Below the pieces are notes generated by a model. That model was not told the DNA's origin and made no database searches. It saw only the letters and a list, made by a program, of their open reading frames with translations. The position numbers and the translations under genes are program-made. Of a stretch of DNA of 64,000 nt, positions 41,022 through 53,512 are shown one piece after another. Position 1 is the stretch's first letter, and the number at the start of each line of letters is the position of its first letter. The DNA comes from the human T2T-CHM13v2.0 reference genome, Homo sapiens: NCBI RefSeq assembly GCF_009914755.1, contig NC_060926.1. The stretch is one strand, 5' to 3'.

Positions 41022-41138
41022 GCCTGCTGTTTTTGACCAGCGTTTCCTATACAGATCCTGATCAGTTTGTTTATAAAACACGGCCTCCCCGGGAGCAGCC
41101 TGACACATTCCCTGATGTGATGATGAATAGCTACCTAG
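41022..41138 (+). CDS. ITGA6: ITGA6 alternative exon X2 (GLLFLTSVSYTDPDQFVYKTRPPREQPDTFPDVMMNSYL), 117 nt, phase 1-1
   Basis: Not in the ORF track; read by hand. gtacag|GC acceptor, stop-free 39 codons, CTAG|gtttgt donor. Ends in NSYLG like X1 and corresponds to the known X2 segment shared with ITGA7. Confidence 0.93.
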
Positions 41139-41789
41139 GTTTGTGACCTCTGCGACGACAAATAAATTGTCTTGGTTGTGGTCATTAAATTTTTTTTTTT
41201 GATCCATACAGAGCATAAATCTTTTTATGCCCTATTTTGTTTCCATTGAAGCACACACAAAAAGCATGCCATGGCTGGGGCTCTGTGGCCAGATGGTTGT
41301 AAGAGCTGGACTCCATATTGCCCTCTAATCTGGTGGCTCATGTTTTTCAATTCACTTCACAATTTGAGAACTGCAACGGTAGTGGTGAAGCTTTTCATAA
41401 GTAAAACCCAATAAAGGGGGTGAGCTTATATTATTCTGCATCTGCCTCACCTTTCTATAGAAACATTTACTTAATTTGAATGGTTTTGATATGGGCACTT
41501 CTATTTGCTTTTCACCAGATCTGTTATTTGTAATCTGACATCCTACCTGATGCTTTATAATGGGTGTGTCCTAATGTTTTCTGCCCTCTGAACAAGTATA
41601 TAACTGATACCAATGACAACTTCCTCACCTCTGTTGTTTATACTAGGTTCTCAAATACCATGTATCATCAGTCATTGTTTTGTCTGCATGTTTGTGTCTG
41701 AGAACTAAGTTGGTCCAAAACAATGAAATGCTATCTATGGTGTATTAATGATGTTAGCATTTGTTTTTGTCTGATTACCAAAGAGTTGA

Positions 41790-41826
41790 TGCCTCTTACC
41801 AAGCTTAATTACTTTTTCTTCAATTT
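41790..41826 (+). repeat. 37-nt direct repeat, copy 2 (intron between X2 and exon 6)
   Basis: tgcctcttaccaagcTtaattactttttcttcaattt. Confidence 0.95.
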
Positions 41827-42302
41827 TATTTTATTCCTGTAAAAATACTGGTCATTAAATTACAGCAGAACCCTGTAACATGCACTCAATTATGCTTCCA
41901 GTCAGGTTATATATTCTCTGTGTATATGATGTAACATAACCAAATTATTCCTGGACAATTCAGTATCTAGCTTGATCTCCTTTTACCATAGTTCCAATAT
42001 TAAAATAGGGTGGAAATTGATTCTTAAGATGTATGAATACTTCAAAATTCAAGTTATACATAGGTGCTTTTAGTTAAAAGTCTTAATATCCATAGAAAGC
42101 AGTAAATTAGCTAGCCCCAGGACTTTGTCCTTGTGTCACATCTGAACTCTGTCACTCATATTACGAATGTGATAGCTGGTGGGAGGGTCAAGAGGAGAGA
42201 GGGGTGGGAAGCCAGAGGAAGAGGTAATGATGGAGTTACCAATGTCATAGGCCTAAAATATATGGATTGATGTGAGGGGCTCTATATATTTTGTTTTTCT
42301 AG

Positions 42303-42513
42303 GTTTTTCTTTGGACTCAGGGAAAGGTATTGTTTCTAAAGATGAGATCACTTTTGTATCTGGTGCTCCCAGAGCCAATCACAGTGGAGCCGTGGTTTTG
42401 CTGAAGAGAGACATGAAGTCTGCACATCTCCTCCCTGAGCACATATTCGATGGAGAAGGTCTGGCCTCTTCATTTGGCTATGATGTGGCGGTGGTGGACC
42501 TCAACAAGGATGG
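42303..42513 (+). CDS. ITGA6: ITGA6 exon 6 (GFSLDSGKG...DVAVVDLNKDG), 211 nt
   Basis: ttctag| acceptor and GG|gtgaga donor; SGAP and DLNKDG Ca2+ loop. Confidence 0.96.
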
Positions 42514-43176
42514 GTGAGAAAGCCTCAGGTTATATTATGCTGCAAATCATTTCTGCTTTGACTAGCTTCTATACGACTGGAGAAGAGCCGTCCTTTCAGG
42601 TTCATTGACGTAAAGAATATTTTTATTGCCGCATTTTTACCAGCCTATCTTTATCATTTCTATGATGGCAGCAGACAGACATTCATATCCCTCCCCAGCG
42701 TATAGGATTATATTTTTGATTTTCAGTTTTTACTTTTATGTTGGGATCATGAGTCTATGAGAATTAAAATTTGAAAAAAATTGACTCAGAAAACACTTGC
42801 ATGATTCTGTTCTGTGGTTTCATATGGGGCTGATGGAGCATCAGCTCCCGTTGAAAACAGGAATTGGTGATAAAGTAAAAAACAGATATGTGGCTGTTGG
42901 TGCCAGTTGGGGGGGTTAGAACAGTGAGGTCTTAATGGGAGTCCTGCTGTACTATGGTTCTAACTCGAGAAATTGGCTTTGAGTTCTTACCCTTAGTATT
43001 TTTCTTGGGGCGTTTATTATAGGCTACCTTGGTTTTTAAAAAATGTTATAATTGAGTCATAAATTCTGGAGTTGAGGGCCTTTCTATTATATGTCTTTGT
43101 ATCCTTAGTACCTAGACTGGTGTTGCTGGTATGTTAGCTGTTGGTTCACGGCTCTTTCCCCTCATTATGTTTTTAG

Positions 43177-43370
43177 GTGGCAAGATATAGTTATTGGAGC
43201 CCCACAGTATTTTGATAGAGATGGAGAAGTTGGAGGTGCAGTGTATGTCTACATGAACCAGCAAGGCAGATGGAATAATGTGAAGCCAATTCGTCTTAAT
43301 GGAACCAAAGATTCTATGTTTGGCATTGCAGTAAAAAATATTGGAGATATTAATCAAGATGGCTACCCAG
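43177..43370 (+). CDS. ITGA6: ITGA6 exon 7 (WQDIVIGAPQY...GDINQDGYP), 194 nt
   Basis: ttttag| acceptor and CCAG|gtagat donor; IGAP and DINQDG loop. Confidence 0.95.
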
Positions 43371-43434
43371 GTAGATAATAGATTATGAAATGGCTATGAT
43401 TTATAGATTATTTGATTGTTTAAATAATAGCGCT

Positions 43435-43737
<303 letters not shown>

Positions 43738-43844
43738 AAGCCAAACAAATAAATAATAGTGCTTGTGTCATCTTACTTTAAAACATTTTACTAGAGTGTT
43801 TCTAAAGCGTTTGTTAAAATGTTAAAATGTGATGTTGTCAACAG

Positions 43845-43933
43845 ATATTGCAGTTGGAGCTCCGTATGATGACTTGGGAAAGGTTTTTATCTATCATGGA
43901 TCTGCAAATGGAATAAATACCAAACCAACACAG
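43845..43933 (+). CDS. ITGA6: ITGA6 exon 8 ([13 protein letters not shown]...TKPTQ), 89 nt
   Basis: caacag| acceptor and CAG|gtaacc donor; VGAP motif. Confidence 0.95.
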
Positions 43934-44642
43934 GTAACCAAATAACCGGGATTTCTACAGCTAGAGTCTCAACTTTTTGCCCTATAATAAAATATTTAGG
44001 TTTAAGTGACTTTTCACACAAATCTTATTTTATTTACAAGTCCACAATAGTATAAATTTTTTAAAAATGTATTACTAGAAGATACCTTCAAAATAAATAT
44101 ATAAATGTAATGACTTGCTTGTTCTAATTGTAAAATTTCTTAGATAAGTTAGGAATCAAGGTAATCCAAAGCAAATGAATGTTATTCTACCCTGACGGCA
44201 TTAAGATAAGAGGAAATACGATATATTCTCTTTAGTAGCATACTAAATAGAGATGAAATTGGTCAAACAAAATAAATGACTGTAACTACATGGAGAATGT
44301 AGACACCAAAAATTAAAAATGTCTTTTGAGAAAAATAAGACTTGTAGGGAAGGTAGGGAGATTTGGTTTGAAATGGCCTGATTGACTTAATACAATAAAC
44401 AAGCTCATCAGAAATGGGCTCTTTTCTGCTTTGAGATACTATGTAAATCGGATGACTTTTATGAAATGAAATGTATGAAGTGTTAGATCATATAGAAATT
44501 TATGACTTGTATATAATATAATTTACTTATAAGTGAACTCTCAAATTTCAGTTCAAAAGAAACTTGTGTGTCTTTTTCAAAGCATTGTTAAGAAGCTCAT
44601 GGTGATAACCTAATGTCCATTCGGATGCCCTGTGTATTTCAG

Positions 44643-44761
44643 GTTCTCAAGGGTATATCACCTTATTTTGGATATTCAATTGCTGGAAACATGGACCTTG
44701 ATCGAAATTCCTACCCTGATGTTGCTGTTGGTTCCCTCTCAGATTCAGTAACTATTTTCAG
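44643..44761 (+). CDS. ITGA6: ITGA6 exon 9 (VLKGISPYFG...DLDRNSYPD...VTIFR), 119 nt
   Basis: tttcag| acceptor and CAG|gtctgt donor; DLDRNS loop. Confidence 0.95.
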
Positions 44762-45149
44762 GTCTGTTATCTATGATTTTAGTGTTAAGCATGTTCTATA
44801 ATCAGGTTATACTAAAATGTTGACCTTTTGGACTGAAATTTGTCATACCTATACTTCAAAGGTTTATATGAATTGTGAAGCTATTTCTTTTTCTTTTGAA
44901 GTTAGTAAACAATGTAATAACAACCTATTTTCTAAAATCTTTTAAAGTATCTGAGGAAAACATAGATCCAAGTTAGAATTTTTACTTCATATATTTTTAA
45001 AACCTTAATTTTGATGATGAAAAAAACAAAACACATATAAAATGTGACAGTACAAAGAACATACAGAAGGAAACCCCCTATAATTCACCATGCATTATTA
45101 AACTCCAAGATCTTGATTTCTATTTTATTTTCTGTGATTGGACCATGTA

Positions 45150-45600
45150 TATTTAACAAAATTAAGACCATAATTGTGCATAATTTTGTAACCTGCTTTT
45201 GTCTCTTTAGGATACATAGTAGACTTTTCCTATGTCACTGAGTACTTTTCCAAAATGAAGTTAACAACTGTCTGTGAGGCATCTTCTGACAGGTTCAGAG
45301 CTTATTTAACCAACTGCCTTGCTCTCACTGGATGGTTACGTTGCTTCGCAATTTTTTTTTTTGCTCCCATGATATAAAAAGCTGTGGAAAACATTCTTAC
45401 TTTTGTTTATATCCTTGATTATTTCCTTATTATAAATTCCTGGATGTGAAATTGATATATGTGCTTCAAGACTTTTGATTCGGTTTCGCCAAGATGACCT
45501 CCCAAAATGGTGCGACATTTCCCATCCGTGGTGTTTGAGTCTCCCTTTAACCAGCGCTTTCATCACTGCTGGAAATCACCATTAAAAATTGGAGGCTTTT
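45150..45600 (-). mobile_element. Old L1M fragment
   Basis: Antisense L1M-type segments (tttatatccttgattatttcctt...aaattcctggatgtgaaattg). Confidence 0.55.
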
Positions 45601-47189
45601 TTTGGTTTGTTTTTTAATTTTCAAAAAGTAGCAGATTTATTTTTTTTAAAGTTAATAATATAGAATTATAGAAAATCCAGTACATTATTCCCATCTTCCA
45701 CAAAACTTGTGTGCATTTCTCTACTTTTAGGGTATCATCAAAAGGCTACACTGTAACTTCTGCTGTCTAATCTGGTTTTTATTTAATCTTGGGCTATCTC
45801 TCCTTGTCAATACAATAGATGACTTAACTTTAGTCAGTTAAATGTTTGCCCCTGTCTATGTGTAACTGATATTTTAATATCCTTACTTTCCTGTCCTCAT
45901 AAGTAGGTTGACTGTCAACCCTGTACACTTGTTCCCTCTTTACTTGCAGATAGTGTGAAAGTAGAATTCAACAACCCTTTGATAAGAAGAGGAGTAACTT
46001 CCCCTTATTTTACAAATGAGGAAACTGAGGCCCAGGACTTGGCTTGAGCTTTTAAGGCTGGAGCCTGAGAGGACAGAATGTAGCACCTAAATCTTCCTGA
46101 CTTGAATCCTGTGCATTTTTTCTACTAAATTGTACTAGCACTTCAGGGTAGTTAGTAAATAAACACCAATTTTAAACATGAGGCAGCCAAACTAATAAGA
46201 CTTATTTTCTATGTTAAAAGACACAGTTTTCATAATTCATGTATATTTTGCCCTCAAAATTGTGTGTTGTATGTTTAAAAAACAAAATATGTTCTAGGCA
46301 GAAATGTCTGTTAAAATTCTACAGTATGTAAAATACTATATCTGTGGCAACTGTGCCTTTTAAATATGCTCTCAAAACTTAAGAATGTATCTAGTTAGTA
46401 TCTTAGAACCTAGCAGCTGTCTAAATGTAAAATAAAAATAGAATGGTAAACAATAAAGGAAAATGGAAAAACAGGGAATGTGGGCAGTATTTGACCCTTT
46501 ATTGGACCCTACCTTCACTGTGAATGGACTTGTGCTCTAGCCTACCAACAGATTGATTCCAGAAGTTCGAGCTAGCTGTTTGGGATTTGGAATGCATTTT
46601 CTTGTAGAAACACTGTTCTCCAGAATGGCTGGGTTTACCACAAGCCCATCAGAGTCAGCCTAACTGAATCCACGTGGTAATGAAACCCCAGGCCCCATTC
46701 TGAGTTCTGGTGGGGAGCAATGGAGGTGGGCCTCCTCACCCACTCATACCCCTCAACCCACCGCATACCTGCATTTCTTGTGCCTGTGGCAGCAGTTGGG
46801 CCACAGACCCGTGGAGACCCCTGTGGCTGCTGGGAGCAGGGCAGCCAAAACATACGAAAAGATGTTTTCAGATGGTGAACCAGAGTAGGGCGTGGAATTG
46901 GATTCCAGCTTCTCAAGTGTTTGCGGGGTTGCAGTAGGCAGCGCAGAGATGGGAAGAAGTTTAAAAGTTTAAGTTTTTGCTTGCAGAGATATCGTGGGGG
47001 TAGAAAAGTTGTCAATCCTGGCAATAGGAAGGCAAAGACTGAAGGTTGTGGGTGGGAGACTCCGAGGGAGGCTGAAGAGAAGGGCAAGTGTTTGTACAAT
47101 GGAGACTCCCAAGTTCAGGATTGCCTGTATTAATTCACATACTGTAGACACGCTGATCATGAGCATCTCAGGTATTAGGTGTTTGTTGG

Positions 47190-47600
47190 TGTAATTCTTC
47201 CAGAGGGTATGTTGGCAAGACTACTCGTAATTAAAAATGCACATATTCTTTGACTCCAAAATTCTGCTGCTGGGAATTTATCCCACAGATAAACTCAAGT
47301 GTGTGCACAGATGATGTTTGTGAAAGCAGAAAGCTCAACAACGTGAATGTCTACCGATTAGGTACTGGTTAAATAAAGGATGTTACACTGATACAGTGTA
47401 ACGCCATCAGGTGTGAAAAACAGTGAACTAGATCTATGTGTATATACAGGACAAGACCTCTGAAATGGATGAGAAAAAGCCACATACAGAACAATGGCAA
47501 TTAAGTTCCCATTTAGTTGAAATTATACATATATTTTAATATTTAATTTTAGATAATTTTAACTGACGTGTCTGGAAGAACATACAAGGCTACTTGGGTG
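47190..47600 (+). mobile_element. Old L1ME-like 3' fragment
   Basis: aaaatgcacatattctttgactcc...ctgggaatttatcc...ctggttaaataaa. Confidence 0.65.
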
Positions 47601-47888
47601 TTCGGGTGGGAATGGAGACAAAATATTTACTTTAACCCCCACATGTTGCACATGTACTCATAAGTGTGTACGTTTTTAAACAAATATTGTATAATGAGGC
47701 TCTGCATTGTATACATTTATATCTATTAACAGTTATTTTCTTCAGCAATGGGGGAAAACGTCACGTGTATTTTTTTTCCTGTGTTTTTAAGCTGTGCTGG
47801 GCAGCTAAGGATGCTCTCTAGTATGTGAATTAGACTCACATTCAAGGTAACAGAGGCTGAGCTTGTTTTTCACTCCTTTTGTCTTCAG

Positions 47889-47987
47889 ATCCCGGCCTGT
47901 GATTAATATTCAGAAAACCATCACAGTAACTCCTAACAGAATTGACCTCCGCCAGAAAACAGCGTGTGGGGCGCCTAGTGGGATATG
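47889..47987 (+). CDS. ITGA6: ITGA6 exon 10 (SRPVINIQK...GAPSGI), 99 nt
   Basis: cttcag| acceptor and TG|gtgagc donor; SRPV propeller/thigh junction. Confidence 0.95.
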
Positions 47988-48237
47988 GTGAGCATCCCTC
48001 TGTCTTGGTGGGATCCCCCTCAGTTTCCCACCTCCACTTCATGATGACTCTATTGTCCTGAGGAGCCACAGGGAAGATGACAGGAGTGCTGGGCAAAGGG
48101 AAGAGGGTCTGTCAAGTGTTTTTATAACATGTTGATCATCAATGGGCATTGGGGGGATTGGAGAGCTAGGGAACATGTTGGGTTTTTTCCACTGCAATAA
48201 TGGATCTTTTAAGAAATATGTGTTTGATTTTATTCAG

Positions 48238-48299
48238 CCTCCAGGTTAAATCCTGTTTTGAATATACTGCTAACCCCGCTGGTTATAATCCTTCAATAT
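48238..48299 (+). CDS. ITGA6: ITGA6 exon 11 (CLQVKSCFEYTANPAGYNPSI), 62 nt
   Basis: attcag| acceptor and T|gtaagt donor. Confidence 0.95.
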
Positions 48300-48617
48300 G
48301 TAAGTACCTAGTACCTTTAAAATATGTCTACTTTCTGTCTGCCAGGTTGAAAGTTCTGCATAAATCACAGAAAAATAAAACTGCAGTGGCCAACATGGGT
48401 CTGTCAATTCTGGTGTAAAGAATTAAGTGTATGTTTTGTCTCCCTTTTAATCAGGAGGGCACAGCACCGTGAGGGAGGAAAAAAACTCCACTTGGTCGCC
48501 ATTTGAGTTTTCCAGAGCAGATGGTTTAGGACAGAATGGCTTGGAAAAGTACTTATTTGCTACCACAACCATTTCCTCCATTTCTGTCTTTGAAAAGCAG
48601 TGTGGAAAATTGATTTT

Positions 48618-48683
48618 GTGGTTGTGAGGTGGTGGGTGGTGGCTGGTGGTTGTGAGGTGGTGGGTGGTGGCTGGTGGTTGTGA
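48618..48683. repeat. 28-nt G/T-rich tandem repeat, about 2.4 copies
   Basis: Unit gtggttgtgaggtggtgggtggtggctg, perfect copies. Confidence 0.93.
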
Positions 48684-51600
48684 AAGGGCAACGGCAGGAG
48701 CCAGAGCACAGCACAGAGTCACTGCCAGGCTGCCTTCTCTTCCCCACGCCCCTCCCTCCCGGAACACCCGCCCTGTGTTCCCAAGAGCAGGCCCCTAGGG
48801 AATTTGCAGGCCGGCCCTGAGAGGTCAGAGACCTGGTCTCTGCTCCTGGTTTCAGCTTTGATACTGACTGACCCACAGGGCAAGTCCCTTAACATATGAG
48901 TTTGCTTTCCTGTCCGTTCAGAACAATGCCTAGTAGTCATTAGTGCATACAGTTGTGCTGGAGATCAACTGAGAAGACATGAAAAGCACTTTGTCATTTA
49001 TTAGATACTGTTCTGCTTCCTTTTTTTGTAATTCAAAGTAAGATTTTTTTAAATTTTTGTGGATACATAGTAGGTGTATATATTTATGGGGCAACACAGG
49101 ATTTTTGACAAGAATTTTGACACCGTTAATGATACTCTTAACAATAGTGGCCGTCGTAAGCTCTCCTCTGGCATGTTTTAATAGCAGCCACACTTCTTCA
49201 GCTGTGAGTCACCTGACCCCTGGCTCCAGAGTCAAGGCCAGGGGCATAGGAATTCCAAGAAAATCTTTTCTGCAAAGAGGAAGTGAAAAGAATGAGGAAA
49301 TTCTCAACCCGGGTCCGGCCATGGTCCTGGCAGTTTGGGATTCTAGTGTACTGTATCTGCCACCAAGGGACACTTTGTGAAGAACAAGGTCATTCTGTCC
49401 TTTCATATGGTTGTCAGCCTTTACGATACTATGAGGTAATGAGTCCTCTGAAGTGTTCTCCCTGTTATCTAAAGTAGTAGTTTTCTTTATTTAAAAAGAT
49501 GTCCCTTATAATATTCCAGAATATAACCTAATTCAAATAACCTAAAGTTGTTGCTTGAAACAGGAAAAAATAGCCACATAAGGACTAGGGTTTGCAATGG
49601 TGAATCCTCTCACACGTCACAGCTCTGTTCTTAGCTGTACTCTAATTCTTCTTTAACTTTATATGAAGTTTTATATAACACTAATGAATGTATCCACTAA
49701 GACAACAGAATGAAGATACTGACCTGTGATAAAGTTCAGTGAATTATGAAAAGGGACAGTTTAAATAAATGTACTGTCTTTAATTTTTTTTAAGTCCCCC
49801 TTCACCTGATTCTCAGTGTCATAAGCTCAGTTAGCCTTCATCTTTCCAGATTTCGAGCTGTCTGCAGGTGGTTTCTCCGTCTCCCCTTCTGTGGGGTCGT
49901 CTCCTGCTGTGTGGTCTCTCCATGGGACCTGCAGACCTTGCACGAAGCATTCTTAGAGTGGATGGATTATGACTTCGTGCACAGGGGGAGCTGTGGCCTT
50001 TTGCTTTGCTTTTTGATGCAGCCGGCATTTTGTCGAGTGTAGAAAGCAATTCTTTGTGTGGCTTTTAATGACAAGAAAATGTATACTGTGACTCTTCAGG
50101 ATCTATCATCCTTTCAGTATCATTTGTGTTATTTTTACCCAAATGCCATACCTTACACTAGCCCACTTGGATAATGGGCCCTTTGCCAGTGTTTGGAATG
50201 AATTAGAGAGACAAGGAGAAAACAGTGATTCTTTGACTAGGCAGCCAGAGAAAAAGGGGAAACATTTTTATTCTGTTCTGATGGCCATTTTTTCAAACCA
50301 CTCTCAGTTTGACTGTAGATGTGAAATATCATCAGAGCACTCCTTGACTTCCCCCAAATTAATCACCTATATAAAATACAGACTTTCTCCTAGCTGTAGC
50401 ACAGCATTTGATGCCATGTGTATTACTTTTATGTTATGTAGCTACTCCATTAACCAAGTGTTTATGGATGGCCTTTTATGGGTGGAACTTTCCTTTGAAG
50501 ACATTCAAAGAACATTTGCTTTCATTGCTTTTACTTCCACAGTAAATTCTAAATGAACTAAGACAGAACTTCTACAAAGCTACATAAGTTAATACATCTA
50601 AAATCTTCTCCCAGTAGCCAAGAATGTGAGCTTATTGTTTGACTGGGCTATTTTAGCTCAGCAGTCCTCAGATGTGGTGTTCCATACATATAGATATCTA
50701 TAATTGAGCCGTAATGAGTGTTCTACTTGGCTTGCCCCTCAAGCAGTTAGCAAAGGTGGCCTGCAAAGATTTTAAGATGATGTGGACTGTCTGGAGGGTT
50801 AGGGAAGGTTAGAGTGAATTTGGCAGATAAACGGTTTTCCTGCACCCACACCTCCCATACTTTTGCTGTGAGGGGCACTTTTGCTGTGAGGGGCACTCAG
50901 CGTGTGAGCCTTTATCTGGTTCATTGTGAAGCTAGCAGGTCACTTATAAATGGATGATGTCAAGGCTGCAGAGGCCTAAAATGGGGGAGCATTCCATTTG
51001 GCAGCTGTGACATTTAAGAATTCTCCAGATGGACACAAAAATTACTATTGAAACTGTCAGTGTTTCTAAATTTTGTTCTGAATAGCTCACATTCAGCATA
51101 AGAATGTCACATCGTGTGTGTGCGCATGTGTGTGCAAGTGGGGAACCAGTTACTGCCACTTCTGTTCATCTGTTCCATAAATCATATGTCTATCAGGTGT
51201 TGTGCTAGTTGCTGGGGACTGTGGTGGGGAATAAGACTGATGTGATCCTTGTCCTCGGCTTTGCCCCACTGTGGGAGACAATCAGGAAATCACAGCGTAG
51301 TGGGCTTAAATGTAGAGACTGGAGAGATGGAATACTCTAGGATCGCGAAGAGAGGCCAGGACAGGCTTCCTGGAGGAGGTGAGGTCCAAGCTGAAATCTG
51401 AAGGGGAAGGGAGGGCTTAGCCAAGCAGGCCAACACTGCTGGGAGGTGGAAGGGAAAAGAAGGGAAAGACAGCTGGCTGAGGGAAGGAGTGACTCCTGCG
51501 GTGGTTAGGAGGCAAGTGAGACCTGGGCATCTAAGACCCTGTAGAAAGCAATCGCCTTTTGTGTTTGTGATAGAGACTCAGAAGCTGGTGCTGCTTCTGT

Positions 51601-52002
51601 CCCTCTCAGTATGACCCCAAGCCTCCCCAGAAAAGGTCTCTTCCAACTCTAAAGTGAATATTAGAATGTGAGTTATTCATTTTCTGTGTTTTCTGTAGCA
51701 GATTTTTGTCCTGGAGATTGCCTTCTCCAGCCCTCTGCACACTTTGGTTTGCTTTCCCTTTTGATGGTTAGTGACTGCTTAATGAATGTAAGTAATTTAA
51801 GTATTGGCCCATGAAAAACAAAGTTAGCAGCCACATCTAATGAACCAACAAAGAATGCGTTCTGAAGTAAAAAAATGAGATTCTGATCATCCACATCCTA
51901 GCTTCCCTCCAGGTTCCATTAGTGTAGGTTATCAAGAACAGGCTGTGCCTTCTAGCCCAGTGCAAGGTAGGCAGTTTGGTTGTGGGAGCTATATTATGCT
52001 GA

Positions 52003-52377
<375 letters not shown>

Positions 52378-52456
52378 TAAAGGTCTCATCCTACTGTCGA
52401 AAGACTTCTCCATCTCTAAAATATATTATTCCTCTGTTTAGACAACTATCCTTTAT

Positions 52457-52595
52457 CAGTGCTTCTTAAAACTTTAATACGTATAAGAATCATCTGGTGA
52501 TGCTGTTATTAATAAAGCAGATTCTGCTTCCGTAGGTGTGACTGGGCCTGAGGTTCTGCATCCTCACAGGCCCTCAGGAGATGCTGCTGTTCTAG
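52457..52595. mobile_element. MER5A-like hAT MITE
   Basis: cagtgcttcttaaaacttta...agaatcatctgg...gcagattctg...gggcctgaggttctgcat...gagatgctgctg. Confidence 0.75.
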
Positions 52596-53029
52596 AGATC
52601 TTTCCCAGATAGCAAAGGCACGAGGCCACTTGAATAAGCATTGACTGGTTTAAAGGGAGAAAATCAGTTTAGGTGCTCGGGGGAGTGTTGGGTTCCTCTG
52701 CTTATCGTTAGTATTCTGTGGGTTCATGAACTTCAGCCAGAAACTGATTCTTAATAACTGCTGCTGCTGAAAGGTTTTAACTTATTCTTGAGCTCCCCCA
52801 GGTGGCACAATGAAAATTTAACTTTGAAACATTGTTAACAGCAAAAGGAAGGAAAAGACAGCTTGATTTGAACCATCACAATTGTGCAAATGCATATTAC
52901 CAGGAAATATGAAGAGAAACAATGGCAATGTTTTCTACAAGGAATTAAAATCTTAAAAGGAGTTCAACATGCTTGTGGCTGGATTGTGCATGAATGCACT
53001 TACGTTAATATGATTTTAATTTTATCTAG

Positions 53030-53190
53030 CAATTGTGGGCACACTTGAAGCTGAAAAAGAAAGAAGAAAATCTGGGCTATCCTCAAGAGTTCAGTTTCGA
53101 AACCAAGGTTCTGAGCCCAAATATACTCAAGAACTAACTCTGAAGAGGCAGAAACAGAAAGTGTGCATGGAGGAAACCCTGTGGCTACAG
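53030..53190 (+). CDS. ITGA6: ITGA6 exon 12 (SIVGTLEAEK...EETLWLQ), 161 nt
   Basis: atctag| acceptor and CAG|gtgagg donor. Confidence 0.95.
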
Positions 53191-53368
53191 GTGAGGGCTG
53201 CAGATGGTCACATCTGTTTTATGAAGAGGACAGAAAAAGGTTATATGGTGATATACAGATTTCTGAAATTTATTCTGGCAACCTCTTAATCAATACAAAA
53301 TCATTGTTTTGGAATTCCCCAATAGCATGTACACCCCACTTAACTCTGACTGCATGCTTTTCATGCAG

Positions 53369-53512
53369 GATAATATCAGAGATAAACTGCGTCCCATTCC
53401 CATAACTGCCTCAGTGGAGATCCAAGAGCCAAGCTCTCGTAGGCGAGTGAATTCACTTCCAGAAGTTCTTCCAATTCTGAATTCAGATGAACCCAAGACA
53501 GCTCATATTGAT
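53369..53512 (+). CDS. ITGA6: ITGA6 exon 13 (DNIRDKLRPIP...KTAHID), 144 nt; includes the SSRRR loop
   Basis: atgcag| acceptor and GAT|gtaagt donor. RRR codons at 53438-53446 are, from recall, the uPA-sensitive region that yields alpha6p. Confidence 0.95.

Noticed and set aside
41117-41126. Box C-like GTGATGA inside exon X2 (also TGATGA at 54136 and 54454)
   Set aside because: Explained by Val-Met-Met codons and by an Alu TSD; no matching box D with a terminal stem
40961-41826. CRISPR-like reading of the 37-nt repeats
   Set aside because: Only two copies 829 nt apart in a human intron; no spacer array and no cas genes
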